Below are positions 44,689 to 58,492 of a DNA stretch of 64,000 nucleotides, piece after piece. The position numbers and the translations under genes are program-made. The notes under the pieces are model-generated. The model saw only the letters and a program-made list of their open reading frames with translations. It had not been told where the DNA came from and ran no database searches. This stretch comes from Patescibacteria group bacterium (GTDB lineage: Bacteria > Patescibacteriota > Gracilibacteria > BD1-5 > UBA2023), in NCBI GenBank assembly GCA_031539225.1, contig JAVKLJ010000003.1, forward strand, positions 11,069 to 75,068, read 5' to 3'. The stretch's first letter is position 1. The number at the start of each line of letters is the position of its first letter.

Positions 44689-46161
44689 TTGTGGTGCATA
44701 GCATTTTTTCTTTGAGTCACGCCTGGTTCACTCGGATCAGAGATTTCTGTATGCTTGATGATGATTATTGTAGGGTTTTTGCTGATAATTTTTGAAATAA
44801 AAAATACCTATAAAATACTCATAATCCTTTGAAATTGCGCACTATGATGAATTTTTTGACTCTTATCTTATTCTGAACACACACTCGACGAATCGATATT
44901 TCTCGAAAAAATACACCAAAACAATCAAAAATTTCATGTCGAAGGAATAGTTGATTCTGTGGCATATAAGGGTGACTTTAGCACAACATATATACTCAGT
45001 ATCGACATGATCGCCAATTGATACAATGCATTGATAAAGGATTCTTCCATCAACTTCGACATACTTGTCGAAGTTCCATCAAATCTCAAAATATATCCAT
45101 GAGAATCTATCGAATTTGAGAGCAAACTCAACGCTATATCCTTATCATGAGATGATTGATTTAAGAAATATGCATTCTGAAAATGAATTTATGGGAAAGC
45201 TCAAGTGACAACATTTATTCGCAAAAATAGTACAGATAAATGAATAATACTGACTATCCAGGAACAAGCGAAACAAGCTATATTTCGGTGATTTCCAAGG
45301 GAGGAAGCGGGAGTAATACTTGGAATGGTTCTTTGAAACATAGATCTCATCACAAAAAATCTCAAAGAGCAATTTCTTTTGTCATGAACTACTCACATTC
45401 TTGTCGTCAGTGGTTCAAATATCGCTTTTGTCATGCTTATAATGAGTATGATATTTCGCTATATATCACTCTGAAGGATATTGCAAATAATCATCATGAT
45501 TCTCTCTTTATTATGATACTGATATTTGGTATGATGGGATACTCCTGTGATACGAGCAACACTTATGGGGGGAGTGAGTTTTTTTGCTATAGAATACGGG
45601 AAAAAGATATCGTCGACAGCGATAATACTCCTGATTGGATTTGTATTGGTATGGATCAATCCTTTTTCACTTGCCTATGATCCTGGATTTTGACTTTCTT
45701 TCGGAGCAACAATAGCAATCATACTCTATCACGCACCACTCGAAAAAATACTCATAACAATAAAAATACCAAAAATAGTATCATCTATCCTTGCTGTGAC
45801 ATTTTCAGCAACAATCGGGAGTCTCCCTGCAACTATATATCATTTTTGAGTGATTGCCACTGGCTCTATAGTATCAAATTTGCTTATATCCGTAGCGGTG
45901 TGATGTATTATGATACTTTGAGCCTTCTATATTATTTCTTCTCTTATTTGAGGATATTTTCTCTATAGTTTAGGATATCTCGTTTATCTGCCCACGACAT
46001 ATATCCTCACAATAACTGATATTTTTGCAAAATATCCCGTTATATCTATCCCTGAAAACTGGAAAAATATTATTTCCATAGCTCTCATTGGATATATCAG
46101 TGCATATATGATAGAACGGGAGATGGGAACTATGAGATACCAAAAAGGTCATGAGCAGTAA
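44689..46161 (+). CDS. comEC: ComEC/Rec2-family DNA internalisation channel protein (short form)
   Basis: Competence-domain motif FLLSGTTHILVVSGSNIAF (the Gly is TGA at 45385-45387), then PVIRATLMG. Ends about 260 aa after the motif with no metallo-beta-lactamase-like region. Start uncertain (TTG at 44689 or ATG at 44758). Confidence 0.7.
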
Positions 46162-46879
46162 TGGAAACATCGCCCATAATGTCACCATCATCGTTTATGG
46201 AACGGGCACTTACAGCTTTTTTTATGGTATTTCTATACTCTGAAAGGATAAAATTTGTATAAGAAATAGCAACAGACTTTGGCATGTCGATATTTCTCGA
46301 ACGAAAGAAAAATACAAAAAATATGGCGAGCGTTTCTGTGAGAATCTTCATTGTTTTCTGCTCTTCAAAGATGTTGGCAAGTTTTTTTAGAAGTATAGAA
46401 GAGGACTCTTCTTGTATGAGGTATATTTGACCATACTGGACCCATACGCTGATCCATTTACGCAGGGATGGATGGAGTGTTTTTTCTTCGAAAACGACGA
46501 ATTCATGATTTTTATGAATATCAAGAAGTGTATGAATCTCATCTTTTTTCCCAAGTGCTGTGAGCATATAGAGAGACGACTCTGGATAGAGAAATGCTGT
46601 AAGAATGAGTACAAAACGGGCAGGAAGACCCAGAACAAGAAGTTCAGTAAGGCTCGGTAATAATTCCGCATAATACGGATTTTGGATAAACCTCGCTAAA
46701 ATAGCAAAAAGTGCATCACTATCACCTTTTGCTTTTTTCTCGTCCTTTTGGGTTTTTTGTATTTGGGCTTGTGCTTTTTTATAGGATTCGCGTTGTTTTT
46801 CTGATTGTTCGCGAGCTTTTTCAGCACTTCACCCACCCTGTTCGGTTCATTCACTGATGTCGATATCGTCGAGAGACAT
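46130..46879 (-). CDS. hypothetical protein
   Basis: ATG at 46877-46879 is the first in-frame start after a TAA. Charged N-terminus (SAEKAREQSEKQRESYKKAQAQIQK), then track ORF 46130-46567 in the same frame. TAG stop. The 3' end overlaps the comEC 3' end by 32 nt. Confidence 0.45.
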
Positions 46880-46897
46880 GAAATACGGATGTATAAA

Positions 46898-48175
46898 TTA
46901 TATAAAACTATCAGGAATAGGAAATTCATGCGCAAGAGATCGAATCTTTTCACGAATGATAGATTTTTTTCAGGCATCATCTTTGTTTTTCATCGCTTCT
47001 ATCATAAGCTCGGCAACGAGTGCTGATTCGTTCTCACCGAATCCTCTTGTTGTGATGGCAGGTGTCCCAAAACGAATACCTGAAGGATCAAACATCGTTC
47101 TTGGCTCATCAGCAATAGAGTTTTTATTGAGAGTGATGCCTACTTCATCGAGGACATTTTCTGCTTCTTGTCCAGTGATACCAAGTGAACCATAGACATC
47201 AGCCAAGATAAGATGATTACTCGTTCCACCAGCAAGCATACGAACATTATGTGCGTGAAATACATTTTCCATCGCTTTTGCATTTTTTAGAATTTGCTGT
47301 GCATATGTCTGAAATGCCGGACTGAGTGCCTCACCGAAAGCGACAGCTTTCGCAGCAATCATGTGCATATGTGGGCCTCACTGAAGTCCTGGAAATATCG
47401 ATTTGTCGATTTTCTTTGCGATCTCTTCACTCTCTCGAATGAGGATGAGCCCTCACCGAGGGCCACGAAGTGTTTTATGTGTTGTTGTTGTGATAACATC
47501 AAATCCATAATCAAATGGATTTTTTACAGCTTTTCCAGCAATCAGTCCTGCAATATGAGCCATGTCAGCCATCGTATATGCTCATACCTCTCGAGCAATA
47601 TCGACAAATTTTTGGTAATCAAGTTCTCGTGAATATGCTGAAAATCCTGCGAGAATAAGCTTTGGCTTTTCACGAAGTGCTGTTTCTCTGAGTGCCTCAT
47701 AGTCGATTTCTCCAGTATTTGGATCTTTCATTTTATAGCGAATGAAATTGAAGCTCTTTGTAATATGCGTCACTGGATGCCCGTGTGTAAGGTGTCCCCC
47801 ATGAGAGAGATCCATACCGAGAATAGTATCTCCAGGATTACATAGAGCGTAGTATGCAGCTATATTTGCGGGAGCACCAGAATGCGGTTGGACATTTGCA
47901 TATTTTGCACCAAAAAGCTGACACGCTCTTTCTATAGCGATTTCTTCTATTTTATCAGTAAACTCCTGTCATCCATAATACCGCTTGTGTGGATATCCTT
48001 CGCTGTATTTATTGGTAAAAACAGAACCCATAGCTTCGTGTGTTGCACGAGAAACATAGTTTTCAGAGGGGATGAGTTCGAGACCATTTTCTTCTCGATT
48101 TTCTTCACCTCGTATGAGTTTTGCAACTTCGCTATCTTGTTTTTCGATAAATGGAATATTTTGTGGTGTAGACAT
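46898..48175 (-). CDS. glyA: serine hydroxymethyltransferase
   Basis: [19 protein letters not shown] (second Gly is TGA at 47969-47971), [25 protein letters not shown]. Confidence 0.95.
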
Positions 48176-48264
48176 AGTATAAAAAGTAATGAAAAATAAA
48201 AATCTTTCATACATCTATGGGATCAGGCAATTTGGGTTGTTTTTAAAATACATACGAAATTACA

Positions 48265-49533
48265 TTAAAAAGTAAGTGTTTTTGCTATTTCTCTGAGGTC
48301 TTTCACTGATGATTTCTTTTCAATCTGCATTTTCAAAAGTTTCTTCGCCCCCTCCATTTGTCTATCATGAGCATTTTTATAGTCATCACTCGTGAGTTCT
48401 ATTTTCACATCTGGTTCGATTCACTTTTCATCGATTCATCGCATATTTGGAGTAAACCATTTTGCTGTTGTTATTTTTATCATACTTCCATCTGAGAGGA
48501 TAAATGGAGTTTGAACAGAACCCTTTCCATATGACTTTTCTCAGATGATAAGTGCGCGGTTATAGTCTTGGAGAGCTCCAGCAGTGATTTCAGTAGCAGA
48601 AGCACTCATACTATTTATGAGAATAACCAAAGGAATTTGTATATATTTTTTGGAAGTTTTTTGTGTATAAAATGTCAGATTCTCTGTTGGATTTGTTCAT
48701 TTCGTTATTACTGCTATCTTATTCGCAGGGAGAACTGATGATACAATATTCACAGCAGCATCGAGAAATCATCATCCATTGTTTCGTACATCAAGAATAA
48801 TACCAGTTGCTCCAGAAGAAACGAGCGCATCAAGCTGTTTTTGAAAATCTCGTGCCGTATTTTCTCCAAAAATATTCATCTCAATAATACCTATTTTTTC
48901 TTTCGTCAATTCAGAAACAACCGTTGGGACAACCACTGTATCACGCTGTATAGTTATAGCTTTTTCTTTCTTTGTCTTTGCTTCTATATATTTTATACTC
49001 ACACTGGATCATTTTGGTCCGCGGATAAGATTTACCGCATCTTCAGAACTCATTCATACGACACTTTTATCTCCAACAGCTACTATAATATCACCTGCTA
49101 TAAGTCCTGCTTTAAGGGCTGGCGAACCATCGAGAACCTTCATAATCTGTATACCTTTTGGATTTTCATTGATGACTGCACCAATTCATTCAAAATCACC
49201 ATGGAGCGTATCAGTAAACTTTTTTGATTCTACAGTATTGAAATAGTTTGTATATTTATCACCAATAGCACTCGACATAGCCTCCAAAAAACTATCTTCA
49301 AGCTTTTTTTTGTCTTTTGTTGAAAATGAGTAGTAGTTTTTTTCTATAAAATCATATACTTCCCGTACTTTTTTCGAATCAAGAATATTTCATGAATATG
49401 ATTGTGTTTGTTGCTGAAGTGATTGTTTAAAAATTCCTTGTAAATCATATCCAGCATGTCATATAGATGCTACAGTATATCATAAAAAGAATAAGAAAAG
49501 TCAGAGAAAAATATTTCTAAATGAAATGTGCAT
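48265..49533 (-). CDS. S41-family C-terminal processing peptidase with a PDZ domain
   Basis: [39 protein letters not shown] segment [16 protein letters not shown]. Confidence 0.85.
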
Positions 49534-49608
49534 AATTCATATTGGTTATTTATATGGTTAGTGTAGGAAAATGACGAAAAAATACAAATAAAACTTCATG
49601 AGAAATAT

Positions 49609-49631
49609 ACAGAAAAATTATTGTAAAAAAC
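49609..49631 (+). repeat. 23-nt direct repeat, copy 1
   Basis: ACAGAAAAATTATTGTAAAAAAC, identical to 49794-49816. Confidence 0.9.
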
Positions 49632-49636
49632 TCAAA

Positions 49637-49673
49637 CTATTTACCTTAAAATAAACAAAATATAGGTAAATAG
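49637..49673. repeat. perfect 10-bp inverted repeat
   Basis: CTATTTACCT, 17 nt, AGGTAAATAG. Confidence 0.85.
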
Positions 49674-49793
49674 ATAATCGTATATGTAAAAAACTTTATT
49701 TATAAAATTACCACTCTACTTACTTTAGTTTTTCAGAAAAATTACTCTTAATAATAAAATATATTAAAATTTAAAAAACTTCGTTCAGATACT

Positions 49794-49816
49794 ACAGAAA
49801 AATTATTGTAAAAAAC
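49794..49816 (+). repeat. 23-nt direct repeat, copy 2, overlapping a promoter candidate
   Basis: Same 23-mer, followed by GAAAAAGATGTATAAT (-10 TATAAT at 49826-49831), about 9 nt before the ATG at 49840. Confidence 0.85.
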
Positions 49817-49839
49817 GAAAAAGATGTATAATCTAAATC

Positions 49840-50073
49840 ATGTTTTGACTTAGTTTTTTTTCATCGAGACTGGAGAAGAAAAAATTTCTCACAGAAATCA
49901 TAGAACGACTTCAAATTCAACAAGAAGAAAAGGATATATATAAACTTTGTCTTGATGTTCTTGATGATGCTGAATTTCATGTTTTTTATGAAAAAATATA
50001 TCTTCAGATAGAAAGAAGTGATGAACAAGAAACAATTTCCAGTATAGAACCATTTTCATCAAAACTTTTATAG
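49840..50073 (+). CDS. hypothetical 77-aa protein
   Basis: ATG to TAG with one TGA. Acidic and helical. No family recognised. Confidence 0.4.
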
Positions 50074-50074
50074 T

Positions 50075-51412
50075 ATGCAGTTTAATGCCGTATGTTCAAA
50101 ATGAAATAAGAGACTAACGCTTTCCCTTTCAGCAGCAAGTCTCGAAGAAGCCCGAGCTATTCTCCATAGTCAGGGCTATTCTATTATAGAACTTCATACA
50201 TCTGAAACGAATGAAAACAAAGAAAGTGATGAAGCAAATTTTTTTTACTTTGATATTTATATAAATGGAGAACTCAAGACTGGGAAAATACAATCAGATG
50301 ATATTTTTAAATCATATAAAAAACTCATAGAAGATCTTGGGTATAATGTTGCAGCTATCTATACTCATGAATGAATGTCTGATGATCAAAAAAAAGTAAT
50401 TACAGCAAAGGTAAAGGATACATATTCTATGTATCGAGCCTCACAATGAGAAGTTATTGTTGAAAAAAAACAGACGGAGAAGGAAAAAGAACTCAAAGAT
50501 ATATCGCCACAAATGCTCAAGGAAATAGAATTTTATAGCAAAACTATAGATTCTATACTCCTTAAAATCGAAGAGACATTTACAAAATATGGACAAATTG
50601 TAACTCCAACAAAACGAAGTGATTTAGAGAGATTTCAGCAAGTTCTCCAACAATCAAAAGGGAGTTCAAATTTATGAAAACTCAAACTCATTCTTGAAGA
50701 TACATTAAAACTTATTTGAGAAATAGAGCTTGAAGCACTCAAGAATGGAATGATAGAAGAAAAAAAGAAATTTCTTGATGGTACTAATACACTCTTGAAG
50801 CAAATATGATCCAATGAACGAGTGAAAGAACAAGGAAAAGATGATATAAATGTATCAAAAGCACTTTCATGATTTCTCGGTAAAATTTCCCCACAAAAAG
50901 AAGAAAAAAAAGTTGATTCTCATTCTTTTATTTATTATAAAAATCAACGAGAACTCAATCTCTATAAAGAAAATCTAAATAAGACTGATATTCAAATACT
51001 TAAAGCAGTTTTTACTTTCAAATTTTCTTTTGCAAAAAAACTTCTTCTCAAAAAAAAGCTCCTTCTTCAAAATATTCAAATTATTGATAATCGTATTCAT
51101 AATAAAACAATATCTTATACAAAAATTATTCATGGTTTTCATTACTATACAAACTCAATAGTTGCATGAATTGAGCAGATATCAAATATTTTTCTTTATA
51201 CACTTCTTTTGTATAGTTATTTTTTTATTATTCTTAGAACACTCGATTATATTGGTATTGTTCATTGAGATATTCAGTCAAAATCCTTTTTGTTTATTAC
51301 TATATTTTCATATATTACTTTGATTTTTTCTTTTGTCCGAAATATTTGATTTTTTCTTTTGTCCATTCCTCTTATGATTTTTATTTTTCTCTTTTTCTCT
51401 ATAAATTTTTAG
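50075..51412 (+). CDS. hypothetical 445-aa protein: soluble helical region plus C-terminal transmembrane helices
   Basis: Starts 1 nt after the previous stop. The N-terminus LSLSAASLEEARAILHSQGYSIIEL resembles the start of GspF/PilC-type proteins (weak). The C-terminal region of about 100 aa is hydrophobic. Confidence 0.5.
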
Positions 51413-51413
51413 A

Positions 51414-52577
51414 ATGTATATTCTTCTTTTTATTATTCATACTGCTTTTATTCTTTCTACTCATTTTCTTGGATATTTTTTTTTAGAATGAGTTTTTTTT
51501 ATTTCGTTTCTATTCTTTCTTCTCTATTTCTCTCCTATTTTCTTTTCGAAAAAAGAAAATAATTTTTCACTTCCAGAACTAAATTTTTCTATTAAAGATT
51601 CCATCAATCTCCCTATTATTCTTTTTTATGTAGCTTTATATTGCATTGTATATACATTGAGTATAGATTTTTCCGCATTTTTTACATTTCATCAATATAT
51701 TTTCATTTCATTTTATATTATTCTCTTTGGATATATCCTTTGATTTAATTGGAAGAAATCTATCTTTTTTGATATATCAAGAATCCATCTCGTTCTTTCT
51801 TATATTACGATTCTTATATCTTTCTTTCTTCTTATTTTTTGAAAAGAACAATCATTGTTGTTGAATGGAGTCCTCATTCTCGTGACATTCGCATATTCCT
51901 ATAGGTTTTTTTCAGCATCGCAGGAGGAGAAAATATATCTTTTCCTCTCATTTTTGTTTACGACTTTGGTTGGTATTTTTAGCATTGTATATGCTCTTTT
52001 CCCATCATTTGCTTCTCCTATAAATCTTTCCATTCTCCCTATTGTGTGTATTGTATCGTTTGAGGGAATTTGATATATATCGGTATTTCGGAGATTTTTT
52101 TCTTCAGCTCGCATATTTTTTCTCATATTTCTCATTCTTTTGAGTATACCTATACTCTTTTTATCAGTCTCATCATTCCCTCTCGTTTTTCTGCTGATAT
52201 GTATAGCTATATTTCTCTTTTCTGTACATATCAGGTATTCAAACTATGTATGTTTTTGAGGTGGTATATTTGTGATTTATTTTATATATACCATTATTTT
52301 CTTTTCTTTACTTACTACAGGATCTCTTCTATCGGCTCTTTTATTTGTATTCTTTCTTCCTCTTTGTATTATAGGAAATACATATTTTTGGGATCAAAGA
52401 TTTGAGTATGATTTTACTTTTCTTCATTACGCAAGTATTGCTTTTAGTGTAGTATTTTCCCTTTACAGTACTCTCTTTGTTCCTTGGTGAGCCCTCCTCC
52501 CTTTCTATCTCTCTTTATCGCTCTTCTTGTTTTGAATTCTGTCACTCCTTTCGTATTTTCGATTTACTTATAAATAA
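51414..52577 (+). CDS. hypothetical polytopic membrane protein (387 aa)
   Basis: Starts 1 nt after the previous stop. In frame with track ORFs 51855-52073 and 52272-52490. Extremely Phe/Leu/Ile-rich. Confidence 0.5.
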
Positions 52578-52588
52578 CTATTTTTCCT

Positions 52589-54013
52589 ATGCAATTTCCT
52601 GTTGTAAATGTTATCGCTGATATAAAAAGTGTCACAAAAGATGCACACTTGGTATTTGAAATTTCTTCACAAAATACACTAGGCTCTCTTCCAGAAATGG
52701 GACTTTCCCTTCTTCAGAAACAAAAACTTTTAGAAAATTTTGAAAAAAATGATATAGAAAAGAGAAAAACAATTACTTTTTCCCATATCCATGCTGATTC
52801 TCAGAGTATTGGATTCTTTTTTCCTGGAAAAGATGTCCTTTCTGATCGTTGTGAATTGTTTACTTCCTGGAAAGAAAATACAGTATTTGTACCTGATGGT
52901 GATGAAGTTGAGGCTTATGAAGCACTTACACTTTGTTCTTATAGATTTGAAAAATATCTTTCAAAAAAAGAAATAAAAAATCATAGTATTGTTATTTCAA
53001 AAGAGAAGCTTTGATGAATTCAGGAAAAAACACACCTTCTTGAGGCTATTTTCTGGGCGCGAGATATGATCAATATGCCACCACAAGATGCAAATCCTGA
53101 GAAACTGGTGCAAGAAATCCTCGCACATACATGGAACCATTTTGATGTGGAGATTTTTGATAAAACAAAGCTCGAAAAACTTGGTTGCAACCTCCTGCTT
53201 GCTGTATGAGCTGGAAGCAATTTCCCACCATATATGGTTATTCTGAGTCCAAAGAATCCTCCAAAAGGAGACAAATATGGTCTTATCGGAAAATGAGTCA
53301 CATTTGATGCTGGTGGAATCCAAATAAAACCAGATACTGCTATGCTCGATATGAAGTGTGATATGTCATGAGCTGCTGGTATGATAGGGGTTGCTCGATA
53401 CTTAGATGCTCTTCCAGAGCTTCCGGCCAATATTATTATCGCTATTGGTCTCACTGAAAATATGACAGGATGAAGTGCATTTAAACCACTTGATATATAT
53501 AAGGCTTATAATGGTACAACAGTCGAAATACATCATACTGATGCTGAGTGAAGGCTCGTTCTCGCTGATGTAATGTCATATGTCGAAGATACATACAATG
53601 TTGACCATCTTATCACTATGGCGACACTCACAGGCGCCTGTGTATATGCACTCGGACATGATATAGCTGGGATTATGGGTGATGATGAAGATGTTATTTC
53701 GACACTTCTTTCGACAACTTCGCCATATGAAAAAGTATGGAGACTTCCACTCAATGAAAAACTCAAAAAATCACTCAAAGCAGATATTGCTGATCTTAAA
53801 AATGTCGCAAGATCTGAGAAAGCAGGATCATCTATTGGCTGAGCATTTCTTTCATATTTTCAGGGAAAGGCGAAACTCACACATCTCGATATAGCTTGAC
53901 CTGCATATAGAGAAACCCAATTTTGATATATGCCAAAATGAGGAACTGGCTGGTGAGTCAAAATTCTTTCAGATTTTTTCTTGAAAAATAGTGAAAAATG
54001 AAACAATATATAG
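52589..54013 (+). CDS. pepA: leucyl aminopeptidase (M17)
   Basis: LIGKGVTFDAGGIQIKP (Gly is TGA at 53294-53296), MKCDMSGAAG, NTDAEGRLVLAD-type HHTDAEGRLVLAD. Confidence 0.9.
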
Positions 54014-54606
54014 ATTGTATTAGAGAATTTGTGAAAAATATCTTTCTTGAAGAAACAAGGTATACTTTTTTCGTTTCATCTCCGAGAGACCTCACAGAGT
54101 ATTATAAGGTACAACTCGAAACTCTTTATTTGGATAGTATTATTGTTGCAAGAAGATATGATGAAGTTGATTCTATTATAGAAGCATATAAATATCGTTC
54201 TGAAAGATGGCATGCTTCTGAAATTATCTGAGCCATTACTGATATATACACTATGTCACCATATGTGTCGAAGTTTGGCGAAAATATGTCGAACTTTACT
54301 ATTGTTCCTGTCCCAATGAACTCGACTCGATATGCTTTCCGATGATTTGATCATATGTCGAAGATAGCAAATTGATTGGCGAAAAAACTCAATATTTCCT
54401 GTAGTCACTGTCTCTGTGCCAGGTTTTCATGGAGACAATCTCAGCTTTCTCGGAAAAAAAGACTTGAAAATAGAAGAAATCGCTTTACTATGAATCCTCG
54501 GTGTAGTGTCCCCGAGAATGTTATTTTGATTGATGATGTTATATCTACAGGATCCACTGCCAATGAGTGTGCCAAAGTATTAAAAGAAATGTGAGCAAAA
54601 AAAGTA
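53998..54606 (+). CDS. comFC: ComF-family phosphoribosyltransferase-like protein
   Basis: VILIDDVISTGSTANECAKVLKEMGAKK. Ends at TAA (54604-54606). The expected C-terminal tail is in the +1 frame (see findings). Confidence 0.7.
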
Positions 54607-54661
54607 ATTGGTATATTTTTTGCTTCGAGTGCCAGTTAGTTTATATTCTTATTTTCCTTCT

Positions 54662-57493
54662 ATGTCAGAAACTATTGATATTATCTGAGCAGAAACACAC
54701 AATCTCAAAAATATCTCAGTATCCTTTCCAAAAAATTCACTTGTCGTTATTACTGGTGTTTCTGGTTCTGGAAAATCCTCACTTGCTTTTGATACACTCT
54801 ATGCTGAGGGACAAAAACGATATCTTGAATCTCTTTCGACCTATGCTCGAATGATTATATCAAACATCTCTGAGGCAACTCGTGTTCGTGAAATTCGAGG
54901 ACTTTCACCGACCATAGCAATACACCAAAAAACAGTTTCAAACAACCCTCGTTCGACAGTTTGAACAATCACTGAGATATATGACTTCTATAGACTTTTA
55001 TTTGCAACAATAGGAAATCCCCATTGTCCAAATCATCCAGAAATACTTCTCAAGAAAAGTACTCTTCAAGATGTTGTCGAAACAGTGTCGAAGTTTGTCG
55101 AAGGTACAAAATTTCATATCCTCGTTCCCCTTCCAGATGGTGAGTATAGAGAAGTTGCGGATGTTGCAAAAAAAGTGACTGATATGGGTTTTGTGAGATT
55201 CCAAATTTGAAATCATACTTTTTCTGTAGCGGATTTTGAGGAACAGGATATTTCTCAAAAAGAAAAAATATTTGTCGTTATCGATCGACTTGTAGTCAAA
55301 AAAGATGATGCATTCCATGTGCGTCTTACTGACTCTATTCGAGTAGCACTCGAACATGGTGGACAGATGGTTTCTTTATATGGGGAGGATTTTGGTTTTG
55401 TAGATTTTTCTTTTCACGCCGCTTGTCCGGAGTGTCATTTTTCCCTCCCAGAAGTTACGCTCTCGAATTTCTCTTTTAATTCACATCATGGTGCGTGTGA
55501 TGTGTGCCATGGACTCGGATCATCTACTACATTCCTAGAGGCTGATGTCATCAGCTCTGGGCTCAGTCTTGCCGAATGAGCAATTCTCCCATGGCAATCC
55601 CATCCATACTATACTCTTCTTTTAGAGGCTGTATGTCTGAAAGAGGGTATTCCATTTGAGAAATCATGGAAAAGCCTTTCAGAAAAAGACAAAAAAAAGA
55701 TTCTTTATGGTGTTCCTGGGAGCTTTGAGATTTCCTATATAGGGAAACACAACGACGGGAAAATACATAAATCGAAGTATGAGTGACTTATTCCAAATCT
55801 CGAACGCAGATTTGTCGAAGCAGAAAGTGCAAATGATGCGTATATGAAACGAATTGCTAACTTCGCCACCGAGCAAATTTGTCGAAGTTGTGAAGGATAT
55901 AGACTCCAGAAACCATTCCTGAGTATACGAATCAAGTGAAAAAATATTGGCGAACTTGCATCTATGAGTGTCGAAGATTCTCGAATATTCTTTCATGATC
56001 TTGTCCTGAATGCTTCAGAACAACATATCGCTGCGCCAATCCTCAAAAATATTACTGAACGGCTCGAATTTCTTGCCGGAGTCTGACTCGAATATGTTAC
56101 CCTTGCTCGACGCGCCAATACACTCTCATGAGGTGAATCTCAGCGAATCCGTCTGGCGACGCAGATAGGAACGAGACTCGAGTGAATCATCTATGTTCTC
56201 GATGAGCCATCTATATGACTTCATCCACGAGATAATGATATGCTTACTGCCAATCTTAAGAGACTTGCTTCTATAGGAAATACTGTCATAGTTGTCGAAC
56301 ATGACGAAGATATCATGCGAGAAAGTGATTATATTGTCGATATTTGACCTGGTGCTGGAGTACACGGGTGACAAGTATTATTTTCTGGTACATATAAGGA
56401 ACTTCTCAAATCCGATACAGAAACTGCCAAGTATCTCTGAAATATCAAAAAAGTTCAAAGAAAGAATCCTGTCACAAAAGCACCAAAGCAATTTATAGAA
56501 ATATATGGTGCAAGAGAAAATAACCTCAAAAATATAAATGTACGAATCCCTCTAGAATGTATGACCGTTGTTACTGGTGTTTCTGGTTCTGGAAAGTCCT
56601 CTCTGATTATGGATATTTTGGCGAATAAGCTCCTCAATTATTTTAATGGTAGTTCTATATCCGTCTGACAACATGACCGTGTCGAAGGTATGGCGAATGT
56701 CGACAAGACAATTATTATAGATCAGTCCCCTATTGGAAAAACGCCACATTCGAACATCGCCACATATACGGGAGTATTTACTTTTATCCGTGAAGTATTT
56801 GCGGCTTCACTCGATGCGCAGAAGCGAGGTTTCTGACCGGGAAGATTTTCGTTTAATACGAAGGGAGGTCGATGTGAGGTATGTGAAGGAAGTGGTACGA
56901 AAAAAATAGAGATGCACTTTCTCCCTGATGTCTATGTCGAATGTGAGTCATGTTCTGGAACTCGCTACAATCCTGAAACTCTTCAGATACAATTTAAGTG
57001 AAAAAATATCGCCGAAGTGCTCGATATGACTGTCGAAGATGCTCATGAATTTTTTGCAAATTTTCCGCGTATTCGTCGCGTACTCGATGTCCTCGTGGAT
57101 GTCTGACTTGGGTATATCCGTCTTGGACAATCAGCACCGACACTCTCAGGTGGTGAATCTCAGCGTATCAAACTCGCATTTGATCTCGCGAAGCGCTCAA
57201 CAGGAAAAACTCTCTATATCCTCGATGAACCGACAACAGGACTCCATTTTTCTGATGTACAGAAGCTCCTTGATATCCTTGATAGACTCGTCGAAAAAGG
57301 AAATACCGTATTGGTTATCGAACATAACCTCGACATCATCGCCAATGCGGATGCCATCATCGACATAGGCATGGAGTGATGACACAGATGAGGAAATCTC
57401 GTATTTGCATGACCTCGTGATAAACTCCTCTCTGTCGAAGAAAGCTATACCGCGAAGGCACTCAGAAGGTATATGGAAAATAAAAAATCATAG
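54662..57493 (+). CDS. uvrA: excinuclease ABC subunit A
   Basis: Two ABC modules ([12 protein letters not shown] twice, LSGGESQR twice) and zinc-finger Cys pairs. Confidence 0.95.
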
Positions 57494-57512
57494 GAGGCCC
57501 CTATGATTTTTC
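57482..57512. terminator. bidirectional terminator between uvrA and trxB
   Basis: Stem ATCATAGG / CCTATGAT with loop AGGCC, flanked by an A-run and a T-run. Confidence 0.6.
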
Positions 57513-58427
<915 letters not shown>

Positions 58428-58492
58428 AAGAAATTGAATATAAAAATAATGAGAATTATTCTCATTATATAAAAAAGTATTTTTTTGCAAGT

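Noticed and set aside
49609-49816. A CRISPR-like array.
   Set aside because: There are only two exact 23-nt copies and one partial copy, spaced 185 nt apart, with no regular repeat-spacer periodicity and no cas genes.
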